Shown here: piece by piece, positions 1 through 14,157 of the stretch
Layout: each line of letters starts with the position of its first letter
Numbering within the stretch: the stretch's first letter is position 1
Assembly (NCBI GenBank): GCA_003344405.1
Contig: NOWV01000203.1
Coordinates: 62,001 to 126,000, forward strand
Length of the DNA stretch: 64,000 nt
Direction of reading: 5' to 3'
From: Trichoplax sp. H2
Taxonomy: Eukaryota
Notes under the pieces: model-generated
Databases searched by the model: none
Seen by the model: the letters and a program-made list of their open reading frames with translations, nothing else
What the model was told of the DNA's origin: nothing
Made by a program: the position numbers and the translations under genes

Positions 1-1273
1 CTGACTGGAAGGACAAGCTGGACTTAGATATTAGTTTGAAGTTCAAAACTGTTTTGCCTGAAGCCATCTTGATGTACAATGATGGAGCTTTAAGTAATTT
101 TTTTACTCTATCCTATACTCCGCATAAGATACTGCTGCGATATAACTTAAATCAGGGCAATAATACTGTCAGTATTCTGCAAACAGAAAATTACCATGAA
201 GGATTCGATGATAATGAATGGCATAGTGTACGATTTAGATTGTTATATAACTCAGCTGAGTTACAGGTGGATAATTTAAAGAAAGTTTCTGCAGAGTACC
301 CTATTGAGCGTCCACTATCTGTATTTGATTCTCAAGGACCAATCTTTTTAGGGAAAGATCCTCACGGGTAATTATAACGCTGTCACTAAATTAAACTTAT
401 AAAATTACCGCAACTGTAGTATAAAATTTTATTTTATGTAAAAAAATTTAGTAACCGAACATTTAGTGGCTGTTTTGGTAACTTAGAAATAAGCAGCGAG
501 AAAATTAATTTGCAGCAATATGTTAATGATGTTGGCATTGAAAATGGGTGTGATCTATCACCAGGTAGTAACTTTCAATTACAAACTATGATTCTTTTTT
601 ATAAAATAAGTCGTGTAAATATATTGAGGGTAGATGCTTCATTTTATTTCTAGTAACTGTTGCTACTGTAAATCCTACGGTATTAACACCTACTCCTCAG
701 ACACAGCTGCCAAAGTCCACTACAAAGCTACCAACGACACCAACGACAGAGCAACCATCAACTACTGAAAACTTAGTGACAGATACTCTGGCAAGCACTC
801 CATTTGCAACGACTGAAAATGATGCCACAACTGAAATTACTGATTTTACTGATGATAACCTGTTTCCAACTAATTCAACGGAATGGAGAACTACTACTAC
901 TACGCAAAAATCTGTACCACCTACTTTTTCAAGTCGTAGTGAAATCTCGACTATGTTCTCTACTGACGATACAAGCAGTGTAAACACTTCTTCATCTACT
1001 CTAGGAGTTGATCCGCAAACCTCTAATGTTGGCACTTATATCTACATTGCTTGTACTGCTGGAGGACTTATCTTAATTTTAGCAATAATCATATTAATGG
1101 TTGTAGTTAAGCAGCATAGAAGGCGTCGTTCGAAATCAAGAAAAAGTCGTGACAAAAAACCAAGTAAAGGCAAATCTAAATCTAAAAAGGATATGTATAA
1201 AAGTAGCCATAGCGTTATTTACGATACCAATTTTGTTACCGTAAAAGTATCCGATAGAGTATCATTTGTGTAA
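1..1273 (+). CDS. 3' part of a laminin-G domain single-pass membrane protein (neurexin-like architecture); exons <1-367, 452-564, 654-1273
   Basis: LamG motifs (FKTVLPEAILMY, DDNEWHSVRF, LQVD, IFLG, spliced FSGC...ENGC). These are followed by a Thr/Ser/Pro-rich stalk, a TM helix (YIYIACTAGGLILILAIIILMVVV), a polybasic juxtamembrane stretch and C-terminal RVSFV. The GT-AG introns keep frame. Confidence 0.75.
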
Positions 1274-1827
1274 GCGGTTATGTAGCTACAATTATTGATT
1301 TTCATGAAGTAAATGCGAATATATTACATTATGTAGTGTACCCAAATGATACAAAACTGTAGACCAAATAAATATTTTATTAAGAATGCTGATAAAAATA
1401 CTTGCGTATATATCTATATATACGTATGCACTGTATTTCCATTTCTATGCATTGCACAGTTATGCTATTTCCGGTTAATATAAGATGAATAATTGTCATA
1501 CATGATAAGCATAAAGTACATTTTCATGCATGCAATGGAGAGTAATTTTATACTTATATAAAGAAAAATAATATCAAGGTAAGATAAAAAAAATATTATT
1601 AAGAGGCATAGTTGTACAGTAGAGTACATCTTTTGCTTACACCATTACGCGATAACAGCAAGTTGTTTTAATTTGTAAACCGAAGATTACAGTGAATTTG
1701 TTTAGCCTGCTGGCAAAATAGCTAACAAAATTTGTTGATTAATAACATATTTACACAAATGTTGGTATCTTCTAATCGTTAAAATAAAAAACTTTAAATA
1801 AAGCGAAATTCCAGCCGATAAAGTGTC

Positions 1828-4800
1828 TTAAACTTGTACAACTTTGTATGGATTCAGAATGTTCTATAAGGGATTTTAACGAAACTTAGTATTGTGATTT
1901 TAGCTATGTTTAGTAAGATAAACGGAAGTGCAACTTTCTATATTTATCTTAAGACGTATTTAGTAGCTCGCTACTATGGACTGTAATGATAGATTCAATG
2001 CTACAGTACAGATGACAATATAGAGTAAGATGAGTTACTGTAAAGGCTAGAGGTAAAAATAAAACAGTAATTCATATATTAGGTTATGCTTATTTTACCC
2101 GTACTTTGACTGTTAAGAATAATATCTATGAAAATACTGTAGTTGTTTCCATATTGGATTAATGATGGTCCGCTGTAAAATGTTATATCTAATAAAGTTC
2201 TAATTTTCTACAACTTAGAATATTCTTGAGCGGGTATTATTACAGGGATGAATGCGTAACAAAGCTTTGCAAGATATTTAGAATTAGTTATACGGTTTTT
2301 ATATACAAACTGTGGTTGAAGGAGTTTACATTTAAATACANNNNNNNNNNNNNNNNNNNNATGATAGATTCAATGCTACAGTACAGATGACAATATAGAG
2401 TAAGATGAGTTACTGTAAAGGCTAGGTAAAAATAGAACAGTAATTCATATATTAGGATATGCTTATTTTACCCGTACTTTGACTGTTAAGAATAATATCT
2501 ATGAAAATACTGTAGTTGTTTCCATATTGGATTAATGATGGTCCGCTGTAAAATGTTGTTACTAAAAATAATTTATCTATGTGTAAATTATGGTAGAATG
2601 CTGCTACGCTGATTGTAGCTGATTATCTTATTCTTTCTAGAAGTTTTTCAGTAGTTGTATTTGGTTAGAGTAGAGCTGTGTATAGCTAGTCTTTGTGTTA
2701 GATCTAATAAAGTTCTAATTTTCTACAACTTAGAATATTCTTGAGCGAGTTTTATTACAGGGATGAATGCGTAACAAAGCTTTGCAAGATATTTAGAATT
2801 AGTTATACGGTTTTTATATATAAACTGTGGTTGAAGGAGTTTACATTTAAATACAATTTTTTTAATTTATTTACGTTATAAATTGCTTTAATGCTCGTAC
2901 GTTAGCTTTACTCACTTTCGGATCGAAATGAGCCTTGATCGATCTCATCATGGCCAGACTATTTGATGATTTACTACCATGCATGAGATGCGCTTTGTGA
3001 AATCCAATTCCATGTTCAGCACTAATACTGCCACCGTTCTGAACTGTAATACATGTATAGAAGCCCGAATTTTAATCCATAGTGATACACAATAAATTGA
3101 CTGGCTAATATTGGCAATATTTTTTACAAACTGCGACCAAGTACATTAATGCCTACCTAACCAGTCACAAAGAATTGTCTCTATTCTATTCAGAAGTAGC
3201 TTATCGTACTGCTTTGATGTTATATTCAAATGTAAATTTCCTACGATGAAATATAGTATATAAGTAATTTTAGATTGTCTTAGTTGTTATAATCGATTGT
3301 TAAGCTATTCATTAAGCTGAGGATTGTAATTTTTCTACCATCGGCCAGGTGTCCAAATCCACAAATGGTTGATGAATATGATCCAATTTCATGCCGCATC
3401 ACATCAACCAGATCGAAGTACTTTGCGATCGGAACAGAGATATCAAACTAGGGTAATCAATTTTTACACATTAATACCAAATTAAGATAGTATGATATAA
3501 TACAATACAGGAAATTTTTGTACGACATTTAAGTTGAAAATTTCTGTATACTCATGTAGAATAATTATAAAATTCCGCAAGAGAGAATAAAATTGGATGT
3601 TACTGTATACTGTGCTTGCAGAGAATACCATCGGAAATAAAGAGGTAATTAACATTCAATTGCTAGCTTAATATTCCTACAAGCGCAAGCATTCATTTTA
3701 CTGCTATTATTATAGTATTCTGAGGTGAGATACTTTCCAAATTAATATTAATGCATTTATGCCCAAGGCTCTTATACCTTATAGACATGTCCATCGCGCT
3801 TTAGTGCTTCGGTAATGTGTTCTCGTACGGACCATAACTGTGATAACTTTAAGTTAAATAGATATTTAATATTTCCATAGCATTACATCGCCATTTAATG
3901 GACGTCTAGTAAAGGGCTACCTAGCAAATACATCTGTGATATATAGCTTTGATGGAAAACTTAATGAATAGTTGTTCCAGCTACCTGAGTCTGATTAAGA
4001 CTAACTGCTGATTCCATGCTACCAAATTTGTTTTCAAGTAGACTCAAGATATGGCTAAGTTTCTATTACACAAATAGATTATTACGAAAATATATAAATG
4101 CTTTAGTAGTAGGTGTGCACTTTTTCAGGTTTCAGGAAGATGTTTTCAATTGTACAGAAATTAAACTACTACACCAACATCGATATTTTGATCTTCATCG
4201 TTGGAAAATGTTTCAATCAGGGCGTAGAACGGATGCGGAGAAAGTGGACATTTAAGTCCTAACTTTGAATTGACTACAGAAACAGCAGCTGAATCCATAA
4301 CTTCAATGGCTAGTGATGGAAGTAAATTACTAAATATTGAGTACAGTACGTGACTATGTAAATGTTATGAGGTAATTAGTATCAAGAAATGTTGATCATA
4401 TATTACCTGATACAGTATGACCTAAAACATTTCTAGCATCCATTAGAACTGACGTAACTTGATGATGAGTTTTACAGCCTAACATTATGGCACTGTAACA
4501 CTAAAATGGTTAATGAATGGTTAGAATACGTAAATTAATCCTCTCGTCGAGTATGGGTTACCTTTGCAGTCTCAACACATTTGATAGCAACTTTCGTTAA
4601 GATGGCTAGTGTTCCTTCAGCTCCTATGAATAGTTGTTTAAAATCTGCAAAAATAAGAAATAATTTTTATTTCGATATTAATACTAACTTTGCATGTTCA
4701 TTATATACAAATTTATCTAACTCTTTATTTAGTTACTACTATAAATGTGACTACATTATACAGCGTATTTACCAGAGTCTTGCATTGGCTGCGGTGTTAT

Positions 4801-6762
4801 CATATCTAATACAACGCCATTGCTTAGAACCTAGAATGAATTCGTTAAAATAAAATTTTTAAAGACAAGCTACCATATAGAGTGATAAAAATATCATTTT
4901 ATTCCATAACTACCACTTCTACGCCAGTAACATATCTTCTCAATGGGCCATATCGAACAAAATGGATTCCACCAGCATTTGTGGAGAGATTTCCACCGAT
5001 TTGGCAGCTACAAAAAAATTTTTTAAAATTAATAACTCTAAGCAAGGAAGCATTTGTTACTTAAATCTTTCACTAAATAAACTACCAATCCAATGTGAAT
5101 ATTACCAAGACAAGTTATTACGCAAGATGCTATTATACCTTCCTCTAGCGCCTAAATCAATCGGCATGGTAAATCCATAATTTCCAACATAATCTTGTAG
5201 ATTCTTAAGGATGCAACCCGCTTGACATATCAAAATACCTATCATTGCCGTCATATATTAATAATTTTAGTAGCTGAATTGAGTCTAAGATTATGCTAAG
5301 AGTATGGAAAATAAATTTAGTTATATCATAGATTCTTAAGAAGTTTCTACCGATTATCTTCCATTCTAATATAATATTGGTAATAATATCATAGGTATAC
5401 GAGGAATAGAATATTGTTATTTTGCCTTATAAACTGCTATAATCTATTGACTAGTATTGTACATGTACAAAGCTTGTTTCATAGAATTAGCATATTATGG
5501 TCTTTCGAAGTTCTCTGTCAACTATGATATTACATAATTCATTCGTACAAAAGAGATTAATAGACAATAGTTCTAAACTATTATCAATTTCTGGATCTAA
5601 ATTTATCAACTTTTCCTAACCTGATTGAGGATCGAAGTTAATAATGTCGTCCATCAAAGAAGTTGATAAAACAATTTCATCAAACACGGGAGTACCACCA
5701 CCTGCAGTGTATGACAATAATTTTAAATATTGATAGCTTGTATTACAAGGTAAAGGACGTTCATTTCAATAACACTGCAAGCTGACGGCAGATCAATCTG
5801 AGTGAAAGGTGATGCTTACCTACTAAACCAGTGTTTCCACCTTGGGGCACAACCGCTAAACTAACATGTGTAATTTCAGATAAATGATATAAAATTAAGC
5901 CTATCCAATTTGAATAGCTCATAAGTAAAGGTAAAAATTTATGTTTACTGTTTTAACATTGCTTATTCTATCTCCTATTATTACTGAAAGAAAATTCTAA
6001 AGAACATCTAACTGTTAATAGCTTAGAAATGTATATACACTACTTTACAACCAGTAGCATTAAGCGTTAAGCTAATTAGCTATCAATGAATCAGCAGCAA
6101 GAATCTTATAATTGACTATAAATTATAAACTTGTTCAACATACTTTCTTTTGTAGCAGTGTTTCATTATGGCGGCCACCATTTGTGTTGTTGTTGGTCTA
6201 AGGGCAATATGAGTAAAATTCCTATATAGATAATTCAGAAATGGAAGATATATCATGATACTTGCAGACTTTAAACTATAACATATCAGAACTCCAGCAT
6301 CCAGTTACTTGATACGGTTAATTACTTATGACTATTGCAACATAAACATATTGCGACTCAAGAATCAAGTCACTTAATTTCTAGATCTATCAACAGCATC
6401 TAAAATTACATCTAGTTCTTGCAGCCGTATTACTTGAGTTCATTCTGACTAGTGTCCTATGTCATCGTTGTAATCATAATTCAATCTTACCTAGTGTTGT
6501 TATGGTAATACCCATGCCAATCTGCAACATAATTGCTAACATCTTGATCGTCCAGTAGACGCGATTTATGTTTTAATATATCGTAGAAATTGTTTTTATC
6601 CTGCTGATTAATATAATTATAAGGACCTCGTATGGCTGCAATCGTTGTTGAATATCGCAAGTATAATTTTGTCTTGCTCGGATGAAATGAGCAGGCGATA
6701 AAAGGCAATTTAGGCCCAAATGAGGCAATGCAAGAAAAACTACGAGTAGGCCAATGGGTCAT
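1828..6762 (-). CDS. D2HGDH: D-2-hydroxyglutarate dehydrogenase-like FAD oxidoreductase, divergent paralog A (16 exons; last exon 1828-1863)
   Basis: Manual splicing gives [89 protein letters not shown] and FDPK|NILNPYK. The N-terminus resembles a mitochondrial presequence. Confidence 0.88.
1960..2855. repeat. Dispersed repeat in the last intron of D2HGDH-A, present as two overlapping versions either side of a 20-N gap (2341-2360)
   Basis: 1985-2340 is near-identical to 2361-2855 apart from about 140 bp of extra sequence in the second version. It is homologous to about 58180-58620. Confidence 0.8.
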
Positions 6763-7999
6763 GACCTTACTTGTGTAGTCGATGTGGATTACTAGCTAAA
6801 AGCCGTAGATTAAACTGAATAATAATTAAATATAACCATTCTCAATAGATCAACAACGCTGATGGTCTGATCATCATCTTGTTAGCCAACTATCGATTGT
6901 AGCCCTTGCCATCACTTAATCATCCATCTTCAACAGGTCTCAGCTTCAATCTAGCTGCATTCAGCTCAAAGTGGAGTAGTTAATCTATAGTGTTGTCTGG
7001 ATTACTATCTAATTTGCTACAGAAATTGAAAAGGAAAGCGTTAGATCTCCTCCACGTGTGGAGATAAAGTAGAGTTAAATTAAATAAGAAAGCGTAGAAT
7101 TTCCTCCAGCTATCCAGATGATGTAGAGTTCATCGCCATTTCCAATGCGAGCTCTGCCTTCTGGATTTGCTGTTGTCATTGCAACCACAATGGGTTGTCA
7201 TACGGTGTCATCATAGACATCAAGACTCCATACAATACATTGTATTCTACATGAGTGTATAGCACAGTATGGTATCGTACAGCATCACGCCTGCCCCATT
7301 GCCGTATCGGATAGACTGGAGAGACAGCCAGCCGGTAATAGCTCAACAACAACAAGTAGAGCCTCCAGGTAGTCAAGGTAGCAGTGGCTAGCACCCAGTT
7401 GCATTGCATTTGATCAAGAAATATTCTACCATAACAATCTCTAATGACTACGTCGAGTGGAACGCAGAGTGCCTTTCTACTTCGTCTAAGCTTTTTTAGC
7501 TGGTGAAGAGTCTATACTGCGGGAAAGTAGTGACTGTCATGTTATAGAACTTTGCTTCCAGCCATCTTGAATTGGAACCAGTTACGTTGCCATTTTGTTA
7601 AGGTCGAATTGCAACACCGAGTTTAAATATTAACCTAAATCCGTTGACTTCTAAGCCGGAGCTATATTGCATCGTCTACTATCAAGGCTCCGGTATTGCC
7701 AATTTAACATTGTAATGCAATATTTGCTTGATTTCTTGAACCGTGACGTTATATTGAACGTCAGTTAAAATTAATAGTTGGAATAAAAAATCAAATTGGT
7801 TTTCTTGACTTAATTTACGACGTCTTGTACTTACTGTGTTTATGGACTGTATGTTGTACGATATTATGGCAGATACAGGAATTGTGATCAAATAGATTCG
7901 TATACTGCTAGAATTACTATCTTAATCAACAGTGCTATCGATTTACTTCTTGTAATTTTTATTCAATATGTTTTTGCTAGCAGAAAATAGATACCTGAC

Positions 8000-10900
8000 A
8001 TGGCCAATGTACAAGCCTTCGCAAAGCGTAGCCTCTACTATCTGAAGCAATTGCAATGGAGATGCTTGAGTTCTACCGTTCTATCTCACATGAGCAAATC
8101 TCCTTTACTGTTTGACAATGTTGAATTAGCATCTAACCGCTATGATATCCAAAGAGGAAATTTCGCTAAGGTTGGATGCTATTGTAGTGAATAAACTTTC
8201 TCAATGGTTCTTCACGTAAATTTAAATTTGTTATCAAAGGATATACAGTACACCACCAATAGAATCTACAAGAACAATAATTGAGGATTCAACTCATAGT
8301 TGGTATATCTCTTTTAATAGGCCACTCAGCAAGATATTAATTATTTTAAAGATATCTTGTCTTCCCAGTCTGCTGTTATTACTGATGCAGAAGAATTGAT
8401 AGGGTCCAATACCGATTGGCTACAAGTTGTAAGGTATGAATATAGTGTTAATATTAGTCATCGATTGATCATAGGAAAGCATCAGATTTTTCATCTAGCT
8501 GTAGTATCAATACAGTTATGTTTTTCATGATATATAGTTCAACAATATAATAATAATTATGGTATTTGAGACTGATATATTATTCAACGCTAGTGCTAAG
8601 CAATTGACTATTTGCTTGTAAATCGCTCGTTTAGTCCATCTAAATTAAAATGCTAACTCATCTTTATCTATATTTCATTATAACTAAACGATAAATCAGT
8701 CTAAGAATTTGCTATGCTAATTAAAACTTAACTATTGTGTATTACAGAGGATCAGGCCCTGTCTTACTTAAGCCTGAGAATACGGAACAAGTCTCAAAGA
8801 TAATGCAATATTGCAACAACCGAAAGTAAGTGTGATCGCAGTAAGCTGTAAAGTGTTGATCGATTTGACTCGTTGTAGTTATATACGTAGCTTTCAATCC
8901 TCTTATAAATTCCGTTACACCCGATCGTTTATCAGATCTCTGCTTTATGCTATTTAATTCAATTATTATAAGGATAGTACTAGTAATTTGTACAGCTAAT
9001 GCTTCAATATTGCCATGTCTTATCAATATACTATACGTAATCTATTGTACTTTTATATTCAGTTTAGCGGTTGTTCCTCAAGGTGGTAAGACTGGACTTG
9101 TAGGTGTGTCTGTTCGAGAGTGCACTAAATGATGAGAAGCTTTATACTTTTGTTGTTGTCTCAACGTTAATAACCACGACAACTGCTGCAAAAATTTTCT
9201 CCTGTTTGAGTGAGATAGACTGTGTAAATATATTGAATCAATTGTTTACTTTATGTGCTATTTTCTGCTTCAAGGTGGTGGTGTACCGGTCTTTGATGAA
9301 ATCATCCTGTCGACTTCGCGAATGAATAATGTTATTGATGTCGATAAAATATCAGGTAATGTGATAGATTGACTAGTATACAGTAGGAAGGCGTACAAAT
9401 CATAGGTGTATTTCATCAAGTTCTATTTTTCTACAGGAACACTGGTTTGTCAACCTGGATGCATACTGCAAGAACTAGAAGATAGACTGAATTCGGATAA
9501 TTTTATATTACCATATGATCTTGGTGCGCGTGGAAGGTATTGCCTGTCTAACATTATTGAAAGTTTATTTCTTCCATTTAGCGCAGTATCTAATGTTGTA
9601 GCTTTTACGTTCATAGTAGAATACTAGTTGCTTGTTATATTACCCATGAAATAGAAAATATTTCTACATCAGAATTTTACTATATGATCTTGTTTATGGT
9701 ATCTTGTAGATAGCTTCATTTCAGGCTTTGAATGATCAATAATTTGCAGTCTTGCTGTACAGTATTTCCTTATTTTTATCTTGAATAGAGCTATGTACAC
9801 AGCTAAATATTTTATGGATTATTCTAAAAGACAATTATATTTATCTGCTAATCTAGTTGTCATATTGGCGGTAATTTATCTACTAATGCTGGAGGAATTA
9901 GGCTAGTACGTTACGGATCTCTTCACGGTAGCGTTCTTGGTGTTGAAGCGGTAAACTCTTCGTGTGTATCGATATTAAAAGTTACCGTTAGAGGTGTATA
10001 CAAATGTTACCACCGATTATGTCAAGAACGTCATATGAAATTTTTACCCAACGTTTAGGTCTTAGCAGATGGAACAGTGCTAGATTGTATGTCCACATGT
10101 CGAAAAGATAACACTGGTAGGGAGTTGATAAAATTTTGAGCTTTTGAAATTAAATTGAAATGTGAATAATAAATACTACACTGTAATCAATTTTCACTTT
10201 AGGCTACGATTTAAAACAATTATTCATCGGATCTGAAGGAACTCTTGGCATCATAACTAAAGTTGCTATTGCCTTAGCTCAGAAACCAAGGGTACTAATC
10301 CCGCAAGTTAATGATAACAGACACAATGTAGTAAACCATGGCAAAGTGTAATTTAATCAGGGTAATATTTTTAGGCTCAATGTGTCGCTCTTATTGGTTG
10401 TAACAACTTTGAAAATGTTAAACAAGTATTCTCATCAGCTAGAAAGGATCTCTGTGAATATCTTTCAGGTAATCAGTTAATGATTGTAACTAGTTTATTA
10501 GATAATATTATATCGAATTAAGAAAATATTTTCTTTCTAGCTTGTGAATTCATGGATTCCAAAATTATGTCACTTGTCGAAAATCATTTAAAGCTAACTA
10601 ATCCTGTTCAGACTTCATCATTCTATGTTTTAATCGAGGCTTCAGGATCCTCAGAACAGTATTGTAAAACGGTAACTACCATTCTTGATTAGGTTTTATT
10701 TCATATTGATAACTTATTGTCATGATGAAGCTGACGATATTTGCATTGTCTATCTGCAACTTCAAATATGATACACTACTACTATCTAATTATTGGTTAT
10801 GCTTGCTTTCCATCTAATATAGGCATTACTAGATTTTTTAGAAACTTTAATAGAGAGTAAAGTCATTAAGGAGGGCATCGTCGCAGATAATTCTGTTCAG

Positions 10901-11777
10901 GTTATTAAAATACTAAGTCATTGCTTATTGATTACTGTAAATATAAACTGATATTGTCATTTTCATAGATAAAAGATGTTTGGGCTTTGCGGGAGAGGGT
11001 GTTGGAAGCTTGCCAGCATGATGGCTATGTTTTCAAAGTAATCAGTTTAGCTAAAAATTTTTCCATATTAGCTGGAGGACTTGAATCAAGATTATGATAT
11101 CGGAAGCTAACAGAAAGATTCTTTGTTTTATTAGTATGATGTTTCATTACCTTTACGTGTATTCTATAATATTGTGGACGATCTAAGATCACGATTAGGC
11201 TCTCAGGCTAAAAGTATTGGTGGATATGGCCATATCGGTGACGGTAAATGTTTAGTGACATAAAGTACATACTACTTGTATATCAATTGCAACACCAAAT
11301 CAGATTTAAAATTTTACACAATTGTTTTATCTTAGGAAATTTACATATCAATATTACATGCGAGGAGTACAATAAACAACTAGAAAAAGCTATAGAGCCG
11401 TACATTTTCGAGTGGATAGGTATTCTTTCATTAACAACGTCTATTAATGATTTGACATATTAAAATCTAACAAAATAGAATTTATTCATAGGTAAATATA
11501 AAGGTAGTGTAAGCGCCGAACACGGCATGGGTTTTATTAAAAGAAAATATATGAACTACTCTAAATCTGAGGCTGCATATAACACCATGAAAGGCATCAA
11601 GCAATTACTAGATCCTAAAGTACGATATATAAATATTTAATTATCATTAAACCTATTCAATGCATATCATGAACTACTATAGAATAACAGTATCGTCTCT
11701 CGGTGAATAACAATTATTATAATTACAAATTTTAGGGTATCCTTAACCCATACAAGACAATTCCTGATCAATATTAA
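8000..11777 (+). CDS. D2HGDH: D-2-hydroxyglutarate dehydrogenase, paralog B (17 exons)
   Basis: Spliced motifs [85 protein letters not shown] and [13 protein letters not shown]. Stop codon at 11775-11777. Confidence 0.93.
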
Positions 11778-12551
11778 AGTCGTCAAAAGGATAACATATG
11801 ATTTGTAACTTTAAATCATATTGAAGATATTACGCTGCGAAATTGATTTACTGTTATTAACCAAGTTTTATGATTTTTCGTATTTATTTCAACCATGCTA
11901 TGTAAAATACAGAATGAGTTAAACCATCTTATTTTGGCTACAATTTTACAATTACAGCGTCGGATGATGGATATCTAAATATAACAACTAGCTGATCATT
12001 TGACATACGTATGATTGAATAAATAATTTAAATATTTAATTATAGCTTTAATACGGGTAACGTCTTTTATGATTTTGGAATTTTGTCAATAATTAATAAA
12101 TAGCATCAAAATATCAATCATATAAATAAAAGTGATTCCGACGGATAAAATGTAGTGCAACCGTAGTGTACTATGTGATTTTATATGGTACTAATGATTT
12201 GAAATGATATCCATAGGTCATAGTAATAGCTAATGGATTATTGTCTGAAGCAAATTAAGCTACACTTGTATATAAGTTTCTTACCAGATTGTATTAATTA
12301 TATATCATAGATTCACGCCAAATTAAGTTAAAATATATGAGATACAAACATTATTATTGTTCTAAAATTAACGTACGCTTTTTTGCTAAATAATTTATGC
12401 CAGTTTACTTTGAAAATAATTATAGTAACTTTATCATTGGAATACAGTACATTGCAGCTATGGGAAGGTAAAAATTTTCAGTTTATAAATTAACTGACAT
12501 GAAAGCTCGACGGTCATCAAACACACTTACCTGTCACCCTTATCTTTACTC

Positions 12552-13320
12552 AAAAGTCATTATAAACGTTTCCAGTTTTATTATTCAATTTGTTACCAAA
12601 GGTGAATAGTCTTGCTAACATAAAACGTACGTAAGTAGAATACTGTTGTTGTAATTTATATCATTTTTTGCGTAAGGGGTTGCGTTGTTATTTATTTTTG
12701 CTCGTATCAATGAAATCTATTACCATCTCACATTATACGGTGCTTAACGTCAGTTACAACGTAAAAATAATACTTAATACTCTAGCGACTATAACACTTT
12801 GGCTTATTTTAATCGTACGATTGTATGAGGACTACACTCGCATTTTGCTTTAAATCGCCATCGGTAAATAGGCATGGATAGAATTTCATAACATTAGCAT
12901 GATTTGAAAACTTTTATAAGAAACATTGTCACAGGATTAGGTTATAAAAGAATGACACAGTGATAGCTAGCAACACAAAATAGTCTATCTATACGGACAT
13001 TAACTAAGCATTTTTTGTATAACATAACGATCAACTTATTAACATATTTCGATATTCTATTACTTAAATACTAAATTTAAATACGTGGGAAGCAACTAGC
13101 AATTGTTAAATTGAAATATGTAGAAGGTATAGACAGGAATCGTGATCAGAGCTGCAACAGACGACGTTGTGTTGCATACTTGCATACACGAAAACTAGAG
13201 CATAAAAATGTTAGGAAGAGATAAAAAAATTACTAGCGACGCTTAATCTTGATCTATACGCCGTCTGTTTGCTGACTTATGACAGAATAATATCGAGTTA
13301 TTCGTCGAGTTGGATCGAAC
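12552..13320 (-). pseudogene. Tandem duplicate of the CYP 3' end and downstream flank; truncated P450 remnant at 13233-13320
   Basis: Aligns by eye with 13371-14245. The remnant reads ...YYSVISKQTDGV*IKIKRR*, with TGG changed to TAG relative to the intact DGIWIKIKRR. Confidence 0.85.
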
Positions 13321-14157
13321 AAATATATATGTTATAAATGCTCGATAGTTGCCAATCAACGACCTTATATAAAAGTCATTATAAAAGTTTTTAATTAGAT
13401 TATTCAATTATTTTTCAACAGGCAAGTAGTGTCACAGCATGATAATAATATGTACGTAAAATATCGTTATTGTAACTGAGCATCTTAATTTATTTGTATG
13501 TAAATTTCGTACTTATTTTTGCTCGTATCAACGAAACCTGCTATCATCTCACATTATACCGTGCTTAACTTCGGTTATAACATGAACATAATAATTGTCA
13601 CCTTAAAGACCTTAAGGCTTTTTCTAGTTTTAATCTTACGAGGGTATGAAGACTATTTATTGCTTTAAATTGTTATTAGTAAAAAAAATAATTTTGACAA
13701 TTACTTTTAGCAAGACCTTTGTAAAATCTGTAATTATATAATTATATGATGCTCTTGTTATGAAAACGGCGGATGGAGGGTGGCTTGTGCAGTTGGCATT
13801 ATGCAATTATTCGCAAACTTTATTTTCGACATCGATATGGTTACTGCTTCTAGATGAAAAGCTGTTTAGGATTAGGTTTAAAAGAATAATAGAATGATTA
13901 CTAGTTATGCAAAATAAGGCATCTACACGAACATTAATTAATCGTTTTGTGTATAACAAAACAAATAAATAATTAGATGATATGGTAAATACTAATTTAA
14001 TTATATAGGTAATTGATTGTCAATTGTTACATTGAAACATGTAAAAGCTACAGGCATAATTGATCGGTATCGGAATTGCGGTCAGAGTTACTCTAGACTC
14101 TTCGCACACACGAAAACTATGGCATATAATTAATACAACGAAGTGAGAAAATAATTA

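Noticed and set aside
697..1035. Antisense and short ORFs in the track (e.g. 697-1035, 4016-4255, 25698-25934, 51892-52104, 61323-61505)
   Set aside because: They are shadows of real exons on the other strand or frame, or read-through into introns.
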